From NCBI RefSeq assembly GCF_006345805.1, contig NC_043006.1, positions 14,260,001 through 14,324,000 of the forward strand: a stretch of 64,000 nucleotides of DNA, read 5' to 3'. Numbering within the stretch: the stretch's first letter is position 1; every line of letters starts with the position of its first letter. A model generated the notes under the pieces. It searched no databases, was not told the DNA's origin, and worked only from the letters and a program-made list of their open reading frames with translations. Shown here piece after piece: positions 51,013-62,863 of this stretch. The stretch comes from Octopus sinensis. Lineage: Eukaryota. The translations under genes and the position numbers were made by a program.

Positions 51013-54000
51013 CTGAAACAGAAAATATATAAATCAATATTTTTCTAAAAGCCATTTTAAAATGTTAGCAAAATTTATATTTTATGCACAGAATACATAT
51101 GACAGTTCAATAAAAACACACACAGTCTGAAGTATTAAAGTAATGGTCGCCATGATAGATCGTTAGCCACTACACACATTTTTTTCTCTCCTTGTTTTTT
51201 CTGTGTCCGTTTCTGTCGAATAGCATAGGCTCGAAACGTAAAAGACTTTTTCTATTCCTCAGCGTTATACTAATACATCTGTTTGTTTTGTACACCACCT
51301 GTCTTCGTCTTTTGTTTTTTTCGTTAACTCTCCCTATTAAAGTAAAGGTTGTATGTGACTTAGAAGTTTCTCAACTATGTTGTTTTGGGTTCAATCCCAC
51401 CGCACAACACCTTGGGTTTTTTTCTATATAGACCTAGTCTAACCAATACCTTGTGATGGAATTTGATAGATGAAAACTGAAAGGTGTGTATATGTGAACA
51501 TATAGAATCTGGACCGAGCTGCAGCTACAGATATCACTGTTTATAGCTCAGGTACAGGCAATGACATGACCGTTTGAGACTGGACTGCAAGCGATGACAT
51601 TTGCTGATATTTTCTCTCAGCAAATCACCCACAAGCCCAGAGTTCGAAATTTCTCTGGAAAAAGAAAAATTCCTTACTCGGGAAGTAAATAAGGGTTGGC
51701 AACAGAAAGAGCACACAGCCATAAAAATCCAGTCTCAAATACCTCCCACATCTAAACCATGCGGGTATGGAAAAACAAACGAATGGACCTGTTGTCACGG
51801 CCATCCTCATAATTAGACAATAGGATTGCTTGGTAGTTGCTAAAATTGTCATTTTAGGTATGTACTCATAATCCTAGCTACCATGTATGTTATATCATCA
51901 TCAGCGACGCCTTGACTGGCTTCTGTGCCAGTGGCACGTAAAAAGCACCAACCGATCGTGGCTGTTGCCAGCCTCCCCTGGAACCTGTGCTGGTGACACA
52001 TAAAAAGCACCCATTACACTCACGGAGTGGTTGGCGTTAGGAAGGGCATGTAGCTGTAGAAACACTGCCAGATCAGACTGGAGCCTGGTGCAGCCTCCTG
52101 GCTTCCCAGGTCCCAGTCGAACCGTCCAACCCATGCTAGCATGGAAAACGGACGTTAAACGACGATGATGATGATGTAGCTGTCTCATCTGGGCCTACTA
52201 GTTCTGTATTAAAAAGCTTATTTCTAATAAGCTACTTAAGCCTACATTATTAACAATGCTCAGATCAATGCATGTATGTACATGGCCCTTTATGCACCGG
52301 TATGTATTCAAATACCAGTGTTTGTGTGAGAGTGTGTGCAGATATATATATATATAGGAAAAATAAAAGTTGAAAATGCATTGAGAATAGTTAAAATATT
52401 TTTTATCAATATAAAACTTTAGCCAATTTCACAGTTTACACTGATTTTCTTTGAAACTGGTTAACACTTTAAATATATTGATAAAAAATATTTTAATTAT
52501 TCTCAATGCATTTTCAACTTCTGTTTTTCCTATATTTCTACCAATGTGGAATAGAATAACTTTGTTTTCTATATATATATATATCATCATCATCGTTTAA
52601 CGTCCGTTTTCCGCGCTAGCACGGGTTGGACGGTTCGACCGGGGTCTGGGAAGCCAGGGGCTGCACCAGGCTCCAGTCTGATCTGGGAGGGTTTCTACAG
52701 CTGGATGCCCTTCCTAACGCCAACCATAATCAAAACAGCTGATAAAGCAAAGCTTGAAATCCTAGTTAACTAAAATGACTAATAAATTTTTATTAAATAT
52801 ATAGAATCCCACCATCAGCAAATATTTCTATAAACAGATCAAAAATACCAAAAGATATATACACACATAGGCGCAGGAGTGGCTGTGTGGTAAGTAGCTT
52901 GTTTACCAACCACATTGCTCCGGGTTCAGTCCCACTGCGTGGCACCTTGGGCAAGTCTCTTCTACTATAGCCTCAGGCCGATTAAAGCCTTGTGAATGGA
53001 TTTGGTAGACAGAAATTGAAAGAAACCTGTCGTATATATGTATATATATATATGCGTGTGTGTGTTTGTGTGTGTGTTTGTCCCCCTAGCATTGCTTGAC
53101 AACCAATGCTGGTGTGTTTATGTCCCCGTCACTTAGCGGTTCGGCAAAAGAGACCGATAGAATAAGTACTGGGCTTATAAAGAATAAGTCCCGGGGTCGA
53201 ATCGCTCGATTAAAGGCAGTGCTCCAGCATGGTCGCAGTCAAATGACTGAAACAAGTAAAAGAGTAAGAGTACATTTGGTCATTCAATTTATGCTTGATT
53301 TTCTATGCTAGCATGAATATATTATAGATTGCATGGTTTTACAGCCAGAAGCTCTTCTTGTTGCTAACCCTTATCCATTTTTCAAATAAGGGATCTCCTA
53401 TTGCACACATCTTCCACAGCAAGAAGTGAATGGTCGACTTCTTCGACAGACATGACCAACAATTATACCACCCACGGAGACTTTTGTAGAGTGCATGTGT
53501 AAACAAATACAAAGACACATGTACTTATTCAAGCTTCTTTCAGTTTTCATCAATCAAATTCACACACAAGGCTTTAGTCAAAGCAGGGCTATAGTAGCAG
53601 ACACGTAATTATGGAACCATGCAGTGGGACTGAACTTGAAACCATGTGGTAGGAAAGCAAGCTTTTTACCCACATAACAAAGCCTACAGCTACTGACATA
53701 TATATATATATTTATTTATACAAATTAGTAAATAAATGGCACAACTAAGTACCGATATTTACTGGAAATAGCGAACGTAAAATACGACACTAATGTGTAG
53801 CTTCACCGCGTATGTATTAGCAAAAATGCGTGTGTGCAACAAACTAGAGCAAAAAAACGTCTTACCTCCAGGGAGAACATCTGAAAGACGAAACACCCGG
53901 AAAAGGATAATGTGGTACCTGCAGGTTTCAGGTTTTACAAGATATGTCTCTCACCCATATTTTGTTTTACCTTCATCAGCCAAACATATACCAAGACGAA

Positions 54001-57000
54001 ATCTACGATGTTACCACATTAATACTATCACACTCGACTGAAATGCGGAACGCTAACAGCACGAGAAACGGTGAAGAAGTTTCAAAATATCAGTAATGCA
54101 ATACAAAGTATTGCCTTCCAGTAAAAAGTAGCCCATGAGGGAAAAATACACAAATTAGTAAATAAATGGCACAACTAAGTACCGATATTTACTGGAAATA
54201 GCGAACGTAAAATACGACGCTAATGTGTAGCTTCACCGCGTATGTATTAGCAAAAATGCATGTGTGCAACAAACTAGATCAAAAAAACGTCTTACCTCCA
54301 GGGAGAACATCTGAAAGATGAAACACCCGGAAAAGGATAATGTGGGACCTGCAGGTTTCAGGTTTTACAAGATATTTCTCTCACCCATATTTTGTTTTAC
54401 CTTCATCAGTGTATTTTTCCCTCACGGGCTACTTTTTACTGGAAGGCGATACTTTGTATTGCATTACTGATATATTTATTTATATATATTTTTCTTTCTC
54501 TTTTATTTCTTTTACTTGTTTCAGTCATTTGACTGCGACCATGCTGGAGCACCGCCTTTAGTCGAGCAAATCAACCCTGGGACTTATTCTTTCTAAGCCC
54601 AGTACTTATTCTATCGGTCTCTTTTTGCCGAACCGCTAAGTGACGGGGACATAAACACACCAGCATCGGTTGTCAAGCAATGCTGAGGGACAAACACACA
54701 CACATACATATATATATACATATATACGACAGGCTTCTTTCAGTTTCCGTCTACCAAATCCACTCACAAGGCATTGGTCGGCCCGGGGTTATAGCAGAAG
54801 ACACATGCCCAAGTTGCCACGCAGTGGGACTGAACCCGAAACCATGTGGGTGGTTGGCAAGCTACTTACCACACAGCCACTCCATATATAGACACAAGCA
54901 TGGCTGTGTGGTAAGAAGCTTGCTTCCCAACCACGTGGTTCCAGGTTCAGGATTTGGTAAATGGAAACTGAATGAAGTCTGTTGTATGGATGGATGGATG
55001 TATTTGTGGGTCATATGTATGTATTTGTGTCTGTCTGTCTGTCCCCCCACCACCACATGCCATCACTTGATAAGCGATGCTGGTGTGCCTATGTCCCTGT
55101 AACTTAGCGATTCAGCAAAAGAGGCAGATAGAATAAGTACTAGGCTTAGAAAGGCAGTGCTCCAGCATGGCCACGGTCAAAATGACTGAAACAAGTATAA
55201 GAATAAAAGAATATATCACTTGAAAACAGGTGAGAGCTGGTAACAGGAAGATCTGCCAAATGAATTCCTTCTGACTCAGGCAAGCACAGAAAAATGAACA
55301 TTAAAACGATAAAAAAACTGTATGTATAAGGAAGAGGGATTTGGAATTCAAGTATATACCTATATAATTATTAGAAATACCATCAGTTATCTATAACCTG
55401 AGTTTTTTTCTGAGGCATTGCCCTTCAGATGGACATTTTAGTTTGCACTTACAGTTACAATAATAGTTATTAACATTAACTCTATGCTTGCTAGTGACAA
55501 GTATTATGTGTTCCATCTATAGTATTACATATCACTATGGATACTATTGGTTTTGTTATAGATTAAACTCACAGAGAAACCCAGCCTTGCTCGGGATTAA
55601 AATAGCATAGTTTTTTTTTTGTTTTACTTGTTTCGGTATTATGACCCAATTTCATTTGGGTCTACTCTTACCACATTTTAAAGATGAGAAATTCCAAAAA
55701 AAAAAAAAAAAATTTATTGAAAACTGGATATGAAAAAAGCATGCCAAATGTTTAAAGTCTTTGAGAAGCAATTGGAGAAACCTTGTGGATGCAGAGGTGA
55801 AGAGCAAAGAATGACAGAAAAATGCTAGAAAAAAACAAAACACCAATCCGGTCTCTGCACAAAACTGAAATAATATAATATGACTGCACTTACAATGTTT
55901 TGGATACAATATGTAGTCACATCCAACCTAAATTTGCAGAATCAGCATCATGACATGAACCCATGAGTTGGGAGTTTGACTGGCAGAAGTGGTTGGGTTG
56001 CAGGTGGCCAGTGACGTGAAAAAGGGCTAAAAAATTGAGAAAATTACAGTGGCTCCAGCGATGGGAGAATAATGGCAGAGTGTTCAAAAGTGTTATTGCA
56101 GGGCTTCTTTGTAGACAACGTTTCTGGTGTTGCCCGGATTACCACAAATTAAGAGATCGTGTGGACTGCTGACATGGGAGCATCCGATGTATAGTTGACC
56201 ATGGGTAAATACCTGCTGTGTCAGATTTAGGCCAACTACTTGTAACAACTATCCCTGTGGTGGTGGGTGATAATAATTCACCATTCTAAAAGACCTGTGG
56301 CAGGAATATTTAAACTTTTGTGGCTGTCAACGCTTTCTCTCTATAGTATATACCTTATTAGCACTCTGATACAATCCAGATCTGGCTAACCACATCAAAT
56401 AATAGAGAACACAGAATTGTTTAAGATAGATAATTGAACAGTAATTTACTTGATAAATAAATCCTGAGTTCACTTGATTGGATTTCATATGGCATACAGA
56501 GAATATAATCAAGGCATCATAAAGGAGAGTGGAGGATTATACATCTCCAAAAATTTATTTATTGGAACATTATTCTCCTGAAATTCCAATCCAACACATT
56601 TCTGCTGGATAAGTATCCTAGCATCCTTTGACACAATTTTAAGAGAATTAGAGAATTCACCAGTAGGAACCTAATAAGTACAAATAATAGAACTAATATA
56701 AATAGTAATAAGATGACTGGTTATAATAATAACTATGTGGATATGGTTGAATATAAATATGAATGATTCTAGTAGGATACTATTTGGCTGAAAACAATAG
56801 TGAACCGACAAAAGCTAATGTAAGGGAGGCAACTAAGCCCAAACCACAGTCATAAATAAAATGAACTGCGAAAGGAACTAATAGCACACCTAATCAATAT
56901 CTATAAAGCTGAAAAGCAAAAAATCTGTCTCATTTTGGGATGGGAATGGTTTAATGGGCAGTAGATGGGGTCAGATTGGCTCCAAAATTTACAGGGACAT

Positions 57001-60000
57001 GTAAAATGAGGCAAGGAAGCGACTGGATTACGTTAGAAATCTCCATCTCAAAAGCTGTGGTTACTAGGGCAAAAAAACCCAGACTTTAACAAGTGTTTGT
57101 CGTTTCTCTCTTTCGGATATCATCCTGTCTTCCTTAATCTCTCTCTTTCCTCCCTTCCCTCTACTTTCTCTCTATAACGACGTTTGGCAGTTTCCACTCT
57201 CTTTCCTTATGTCACTCATTCTCCCACCATCTCTCTCTCTCTCTCTCTACGTCTGTATCTATAGAGAGAAAGTGTTGACAGCCACAAAAGTTTAAATATT
57301 CCTGCCACAGGTCTTTTAGAATGGTGAATTATTATTGCCCACCACCTCAGGGATAGTTGTTACAAGTAGTTGGCCTAAATCTGACACAGCAGGTATTTAG
57401 CCATGGTCAACTATACATCAGATGCTCCCGTATCAGCAGTCCACACAATCTCTTCATTTGTGGTAATCCGGGCAACACCAGAAACGTTGTCTACAAAGAA
57501 GCCCTGCAATAACACTTTTGAACATACTGCCATTACACTCCCATCGCTGGAGTCACTGTAACTTTCTCAATTTTTTAGCCCAACTGCATCCACCTTTTTC
57601 ATGTCGCTGGCCACCTCTGCAACCCAACCACTTCTGCCAGTCAAACTCCCAACTCATGGGTTCACGTCATGACACTGATTCCACAAAATTAGGTTCGGTG
57701 TGACTACATAGTGTATCCAAAACATTGTAAGTGCAGTCATATTATACGATTTCAGTTTTGTGCAAAGACTGGATTGGTGTTTTGTTTTTTCCATCATTCT
57801 TTGCCCTTCACATCTGCATCCACAAGGTTTCTCCAATTGCTTCTCAAAGACTGTTTAAACATTTGGCATGCTTCTTTCATATCCAATTTTCAATAAAATT
57901 TTCGGTTTTTTTTGGGATCCCTCATCTTTAAAATGTGGCCAAAGTAGACCCAAATGAAATTAGGTCATAATACCGAAACAAGTAAAACCAAAAACTATGC
58001 TATTTTAATCCCAGGTAAGGCCGGGTTTCTCTGCTACTTTAATCTATAACAAAACCAATATCCCTAGTGAACTATGCCAAACCAGACATTGGAGCTCAAC
58101 ACAGTTCTCTGTCTTGTTAGTTTCTGTGGAACCATCCAACCTACGCTAGAATGGAAAATGGATGATAAATAATGATAGTATAATGACGACGATGATGATG
58201 ATGATGAATTTTAAATAGAAAGTGTTACCTGGAACGACACTTTCTGAGATCATCTTGTTGAATTCCTGCTCTGAAAGTTTGGTCTTTTTAACCTCAGTTC
58301 TGATAGCTTCATCCCAAAGAGGAGATGTAGACAACTCTGGTGATGCTTCTATAGATTGGTCGACTTCATGTGCTGTAATATTGAAAAAAAAAATTTTAAT
58401 GGCAAGACAAAGAGGAAAATGGTCAATTGTGTAAATAACTAAGCTTTATAGGCACAGGCATGGCTGAGTGTTTAACCCTTTCGTTACCAAACCGCCCAAA
58501 CCCGCCCGAATTTACCTATTCATATTTAAATGAGAATATCAGAGCAAATCTCTTTAGTACATTCGTGAAAACACGTGATTATGCTTCGTAAACAGTTCAT
58601 CTACAGTTTTGTACAACGATCGACGTGTAATTTTAATTCCCTGAATTTTGGGAGATTTTTTTCCACATTTTTTTCGGCATCGATTTTTCTTCAACTTTGA
58701 AAATAGATAGGAGTTTCATGTTATCAAGCATTGATTCCGAATTGGAAAATTTATGAAACAAATACTGGGTACTGTTGTGGATTTAGTTTTTATACAGGGA
58801 AACTAATGTTAGTCAGCATGGCTTAGGGTATGATGTGGTCTGGAAGTTATTGTTTGAAGCGATCAATGCGGAAACAAACTTACGCAGAATGTAAACAAAA
58901 CACAAAATGGGGGATCAAATTTCGGAAAATTTGTGAAGCAAATACTGGGTACTGCGTCGATTTAGTTTTTATACAGGGAAAATAATGTTAGTCAGCATGG
59001 CCTAGGGAACGATGTGGTCTGGAATTTATCACTTCCATACCATAACCAGGGCCGTATATTATTTTTTGACCGATTTCTTTAGTTCGGTCAAACTTACGGT
59101 GGATTCCAATATTTCAGTTTATTCCACCTTTATGGTACACCTGTTGTGCATTAAATTCAACTGATGATATAGTGATGTGCACAAAATTTTGTTGCATACC
59201 CATTTGAATATTAGCTGATGATTCATTTTCTATGGTGATGTTTAAACAAAATTTTAATATTTTTACCTTTTGCTCAATTTACCTGGATTTACCTGTAATT
59301 AAAGTCACTTTGAGACAAAAGTTATGCAATAGAATTGATTAAGAACCCTTTCTTTAATTATGTTCCAAATATCACATTAATATGTTGATAAGTAAAAAAG
59401 TTACAGTTATTTAATGAAACAAGCCTAGATTCATAATTATATTAGAATTTAATTGAAACTCATGAGGGGTGTATTTTGGTCAGAAATATAGTAACGAAAG
59501 AGTTAAGGAGCGTTTTTGTTTTTGTTGTTGTTTGTTCCTTCTCGAGCCACGCCTGGCTCATAAGGGCCGGTTTCCCGGTTTCTTGGTGTATAGGTTCCCT
59601 ACATGGACGGGACACCAGTCCATCACAGGTGAGCTGCAAGATGCAGGAGGAAAGAGTGAGAGAAAGTTGTGGCGAAAGAGTCAGCAGAAGTTCACCATTA
59701 CCATCTGTCGGAGCCGCGTGGAGCTAGGTGTTTCACCCATAAACACACACATCATCCGGTCTTAGATTCAAACCCACGATCCCTCGACCGCGAGTCCGCT
59801 GCTCTAACCACTAGGCCATGTGCCTCCACTTAAGGAGCTTCCTTACCAATCATGTGGTCTAGGGTTCAACCTGCCATGTAACACCAGTGTCCTCAACTAT
59901 AATCACAAGCCTAACAAAGCTTTGTGAGTGAATTTGGTAGAAGGGGACTGAAAGAAGCCCATCACACACTTGTATGCGTGTGCTTCCTCGTCTTGGTATA

Positions 60001-62863
60001 CAATCTTATACAAGCATTACACAAGTGATGTCATTTCCAATCTTCCATGAAAACATGTCTGATCATGGGGAAATATTACTTTGCTTCAAAACTTATGAGG
60101 TTTGGGAACAGGAAAGGCATCCAGCCATCGAAAATCTAGCTCACTGAATTCTGCATGAAAAATTGGATGTTACAACAATGATGATGATGAAAATCTATTT
60201 TCTCTCATCTACCTCCAGAACAACATTACTATGTTCTGAAATGAAAAGTAGGTGCAAAACTCATTTTTTTGCAAATTTAATAATCTTTAATACCTACCTT
60301 CTAAACTGGGTTCTGCCCGTTGTTTCTTGCTTGGTAACCGGAATCTTGGGTCCAGAACTGTCAAACCCAGTATCCAGTGCTGGGGCAATTCTGTGGGAAC
60401 ATAAGCTTCACCTAGTCTCTGCCAAAGTTTCCCTTTGGTTTCATGTGACATCAAACAATCTTCAGAACTGAAATAAGAGTGCCACCAAGGACTCTCTGGT
60501 GAATCACTTGATGTTTTATTAATTGAACTCACATTAATAGCATTGCCTAAAACTTTCAACGTCAATGGTCCAGTTAAACGAAACCGTACTAATTTGTCTT
60601 TCAAAGATTTCAAGAAGACTTGACCGGCTTTGGCAGCTGATCCAGATGAATAACCATTTGAAAGTTTAGAAGAGACTTTCTCTTTGGTTCGATGAGGTTT
60701 GCTTGATGTTTTAATATTTGGTGTATCTGATGTTTTAACATTTGGTGTATCTGATGTTTTATCAGTAACAGTTTCAAAGACCTTATCTTCTGGGGTAGAA
60801 ATAACATTTTGGAATACCTTTACGAGTTCCTGCCAAAGTAAGTTATAACAAGATGGATGGCACCACAGCCAGAGATATCGAATATTCTCAGACTCTGCAG
60901 TATCACAAGGTTCTTGGCTTGAGATGCTGTCTTCTGTAGAAACAGGCTTCCAGAAGAATGTTACCAAACCAACAGCATCAAACGGGTATTGGTCATACTT
61001 GTATAAAACAATACTGCCTTCTCGGCTTCCATTCAAATAACATTTAGCACCAATACCAGGACCTGTAAAGAGAAATATGAATGATAAAACCAATAAATAT
61101 ATTGGCATAAATTAGACTAAACTTATTTAGGAAATATCATCATCATCATCATTTAACGTCCGTTTTCCGTGCTAGCACGGTTGGATGGTTCGACCGGGGT
61201 CTGGGAAGCCAGGAGGCTGCACCAGGCTCCAGTCTGATCTGGCAGTGTTTCTACAGCTGGATGCCCTTCCTAACTCTAACCACTCCATGAGTGTAGTGGG
61301 TGGTTTTTACATGCCACCGGCATAGGTGCCAGGGGAGGCTGGCAGCGGCCACAATCGGTTGATGCTTTTTATGTGCCACCAGCACAGAAGCCAGTCAAGG
61401 CGGCGCTGGCATCGGCCACGTTCTGATGGTGCTTTTTACATGCCACTGGCACAGAAGCCAGTCAAGGCGGCACTGGCATCGGCCACATTCTGATGGTGGT
61501 TTTTATGTGCCACCGGCACAGGTATCACAACTACTATTTCCATTTGATATTTATTTCGATGTTTATGTCCTTGACTCAAAAGGTCTCCTCATTATGCATG
61601 AACTGATATTTACAGCTGTATAAAGAAATGCCAATCTCTGTGGAGGAAACCTGTGGAAGGGGCAGACCCAGGAAGATGTGGGATGAGGTGGTGAAATATG
61701 ATCTTTGGATGCTGGGTCTCACAGAAGTGGTGACAAGTGACCAAGACTTTCGGTAATTTGCTGTACTTGAGATGACATGTCAAACTAAGTGAAATTAGAG
61801 CCAGTGCCAGGGATACATAAAAAGCAACCATGCCAGTAAAAGGTACCTGTTACTGTCTATGGAGTGGTTGGCATTAGGAAAGGCATCCAGCTGTAGAAGC
61901 CAAGTTAAAACAGATGAGTAGAGAAAGGTGTAGCTTTCAGGTTTACCAGTTCCAGTTGAACTGTCTGACCCATGCCAGCATCGAAAATGGATGCTAAATG
62001 ACAATGATGATGATCTAATTTAAAAGCCTCCTGAAATTAATAAATTTTTTTCCATTTTTCTCCCCTCAATCATACATAAAGTGAAAGAATCATATGGTAT
62101 GTGCATATATGTGTGTGTGTGTGTAAATGCCTCATCTTGAAAATGGCCTGATACAAGCAGTGTTGTTTGTTTCAGTCTTCTGTGAAAACATGCACAGATC
62201 ATGAGGAAATAATATTTTGCTTGGAAACAGTTGAGGGTTGACAACAGGAAAGGTATCTGGCTGTCAAAGATCTGTTTCAAAAAATTCTAACCCATCGAGG
62301 AGGAGGGGGAGGGGAGAATGGGAGGAGGAGGGAAGGAGGGGGGAGCAGGATGAGGAGATACTGTTTTGTTTACTAAATAGAATTCTAAAATTGATGGCAC
62401 ATAAAAAGCACTATCCAAACGTGATCGATGCCAGGACCGCCTGACTGGTCCCCGTGCTGGTGGCACATATTAAGCACCATCTGAACGTGACCGATGCCAA
62501 TACCTCCTGACTGGCACTTATGCCAGTGGCACATAAAAAGCACCCACTACATTCTTGGAGTGGTTGGCATTAGAAAGGGCATCCAGCTGCAGAAACATTG
62601 CCAGGTCAGATTGAAGCCTGGTGCAGCCGCTGGCTCTCCAGACCTCAGTCAAAACTGTTCAACCCATGCCAGCATGGAAAACAGACGTTAAATGATGATG
62701 ATGTGCATAATGCAAAGTTTAAAAGCCAGATAATCTCAAATTAATAACTGCTCCTAAAAATGTTACCAAACTTACCTGTTGCAGGAGAAGAAAGATGAGA
62801 AAACCCAAGTGTTATCTCACTCTGAAGACCACTCACTTCAATGCAACAAAGAAAAGACACATC
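50021..62863 (-). CDS. POP1: POP1, ribonucleases P/MRP protein subunit; spliced 3' part join(62863..62776,61062..60298,58372..58229,51012..50021), 5' exons outside the window
   Basis: The four exons join in frame via GT-AG introns, all phase 1 (1989 nt, 662 aa plus stop). The translation carries POP1 hallmarks: [117 protein letters not shown]..PF, and C-terminal IIGFLTTG..GIGFCS..LEYRYAKLSI. Confidence 0.95.
52352..52535. repeat. Hairpin-type MITE with arms of about 60 bp, in a POP1 intron
   Basis: ataggaaaaa..gaaaatgcattgagaata..ttttttatcaatat vs atattgataaaaaatatt..tctcaatgcattttcaac..ttcctat. Confidence 0.8.
52870..53270 (+). mobile_element. tRNA-derived SINE family B, about 400-480 bp with a central (TA/TG)n (many copies, e.g. 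about 3540, 13900, 20750, 21660, 40220, 44460, 48200, 54500)
   Basis: ggcgcaggagtggctgtgtggtaag..ggttcagtccc head and ..gactgaaacaagtaaaagag tail. Confidence 0.8.
53911..53986 (-). ncRNA. Type I hammerhead ribozyme, copy A (intact core, GUA cleavage triplet)
   Basis: Minus strand reads UGG-CUGAUGA(53979-53973)-AGGU..long stem II..ACCU-GAAA(53929-53926)-CCUGCAGG-UA(53917-53916)-CCA. Stem I UGG/CCA can extend via AUG/CAU; stem III sits in the palindrome ACCUGCAGGU. Confidence 0.8.
54341..54409 (-). ncRNA. Type I hammerhead ribozyme, copy A' (GUC triplet; 5' strand of stem I lost at the inversion junction)
   Basis: CUGAUGA at 54409-54403, same stem II, GAAA-CCUGCAGG-UC; exactly 430 nt from copy A. 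Confidence 0.7.
55532..56347 (-). mobile_element. Helitron-like element, copy 1 of an inverted pair
   Basis: Reverse complement of 57258-58070; hairpin cccgagcaaggctggg near the 3' end. Confidence 0.7.
57258..58070 (+). mobile_element. Helitron-like element, copy 2 of an inverted pair
   Basis: A|TCTATAGAGAG start; cccaggtaaggccggg hairpin, then about 40 bp ending in CTAG|T. Confidence 0.7.
58229..58372 (-). CDS. POP1: POP1 internal exon, 144 nt (HEVDQ..SPLWDEAIR..SVVP)
   Basis: Acceptor ttcaatattacag|, donor CCAG|gtaaca; frame-compatible with both neighbouring exons. Confidence 0.92.
58476..59502. mobile_element. 1-kb non-autonomous piggyBac-like element in a POP1 intron
   Basis: TTAA|ccctttcgttac..gtaacgaaagag|TTAA; internal direct repeat of about 108 bp at about 58741-58850 and 58921-59030. 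Confidence 0.75.
60298..61062 (-). CDS. POP1: POP1 internal exon, 765 nt
   Basis: Acceptor tttctctttacag|GT, donor GAAG|gtaggt; encodes [47 protein letters not shown]. Confidence 0.93.
62776..62863 (-). CDS. POP1: POP1 internal exon, 88 nt ([29 protein letters not shown])
   Basis: Not in the ORF track; read by hand. Acceptor catattttag|, donor ACAG|gtaagt; resembles the DLSYYCCLEL.G segment of POP1 and joins the next exon in phase 1. Confidence 0.85.

Larger units (their letters stand above)
53721..54470 (-). mobile_element. Penelope-like non-autonomous element or retrozyme: 260-bp direct repeats plus a 64-bp inverted tail, 14-bp TSD
   Basis: Direct repeats 53720-53979 and 54150-54409; inverted repeat 54087-54150 vs 54410-54473; tatatttatttata at 53707-53720 and 54471-54484; hammerhead motif in each repeat. 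Confidence 0.75.
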
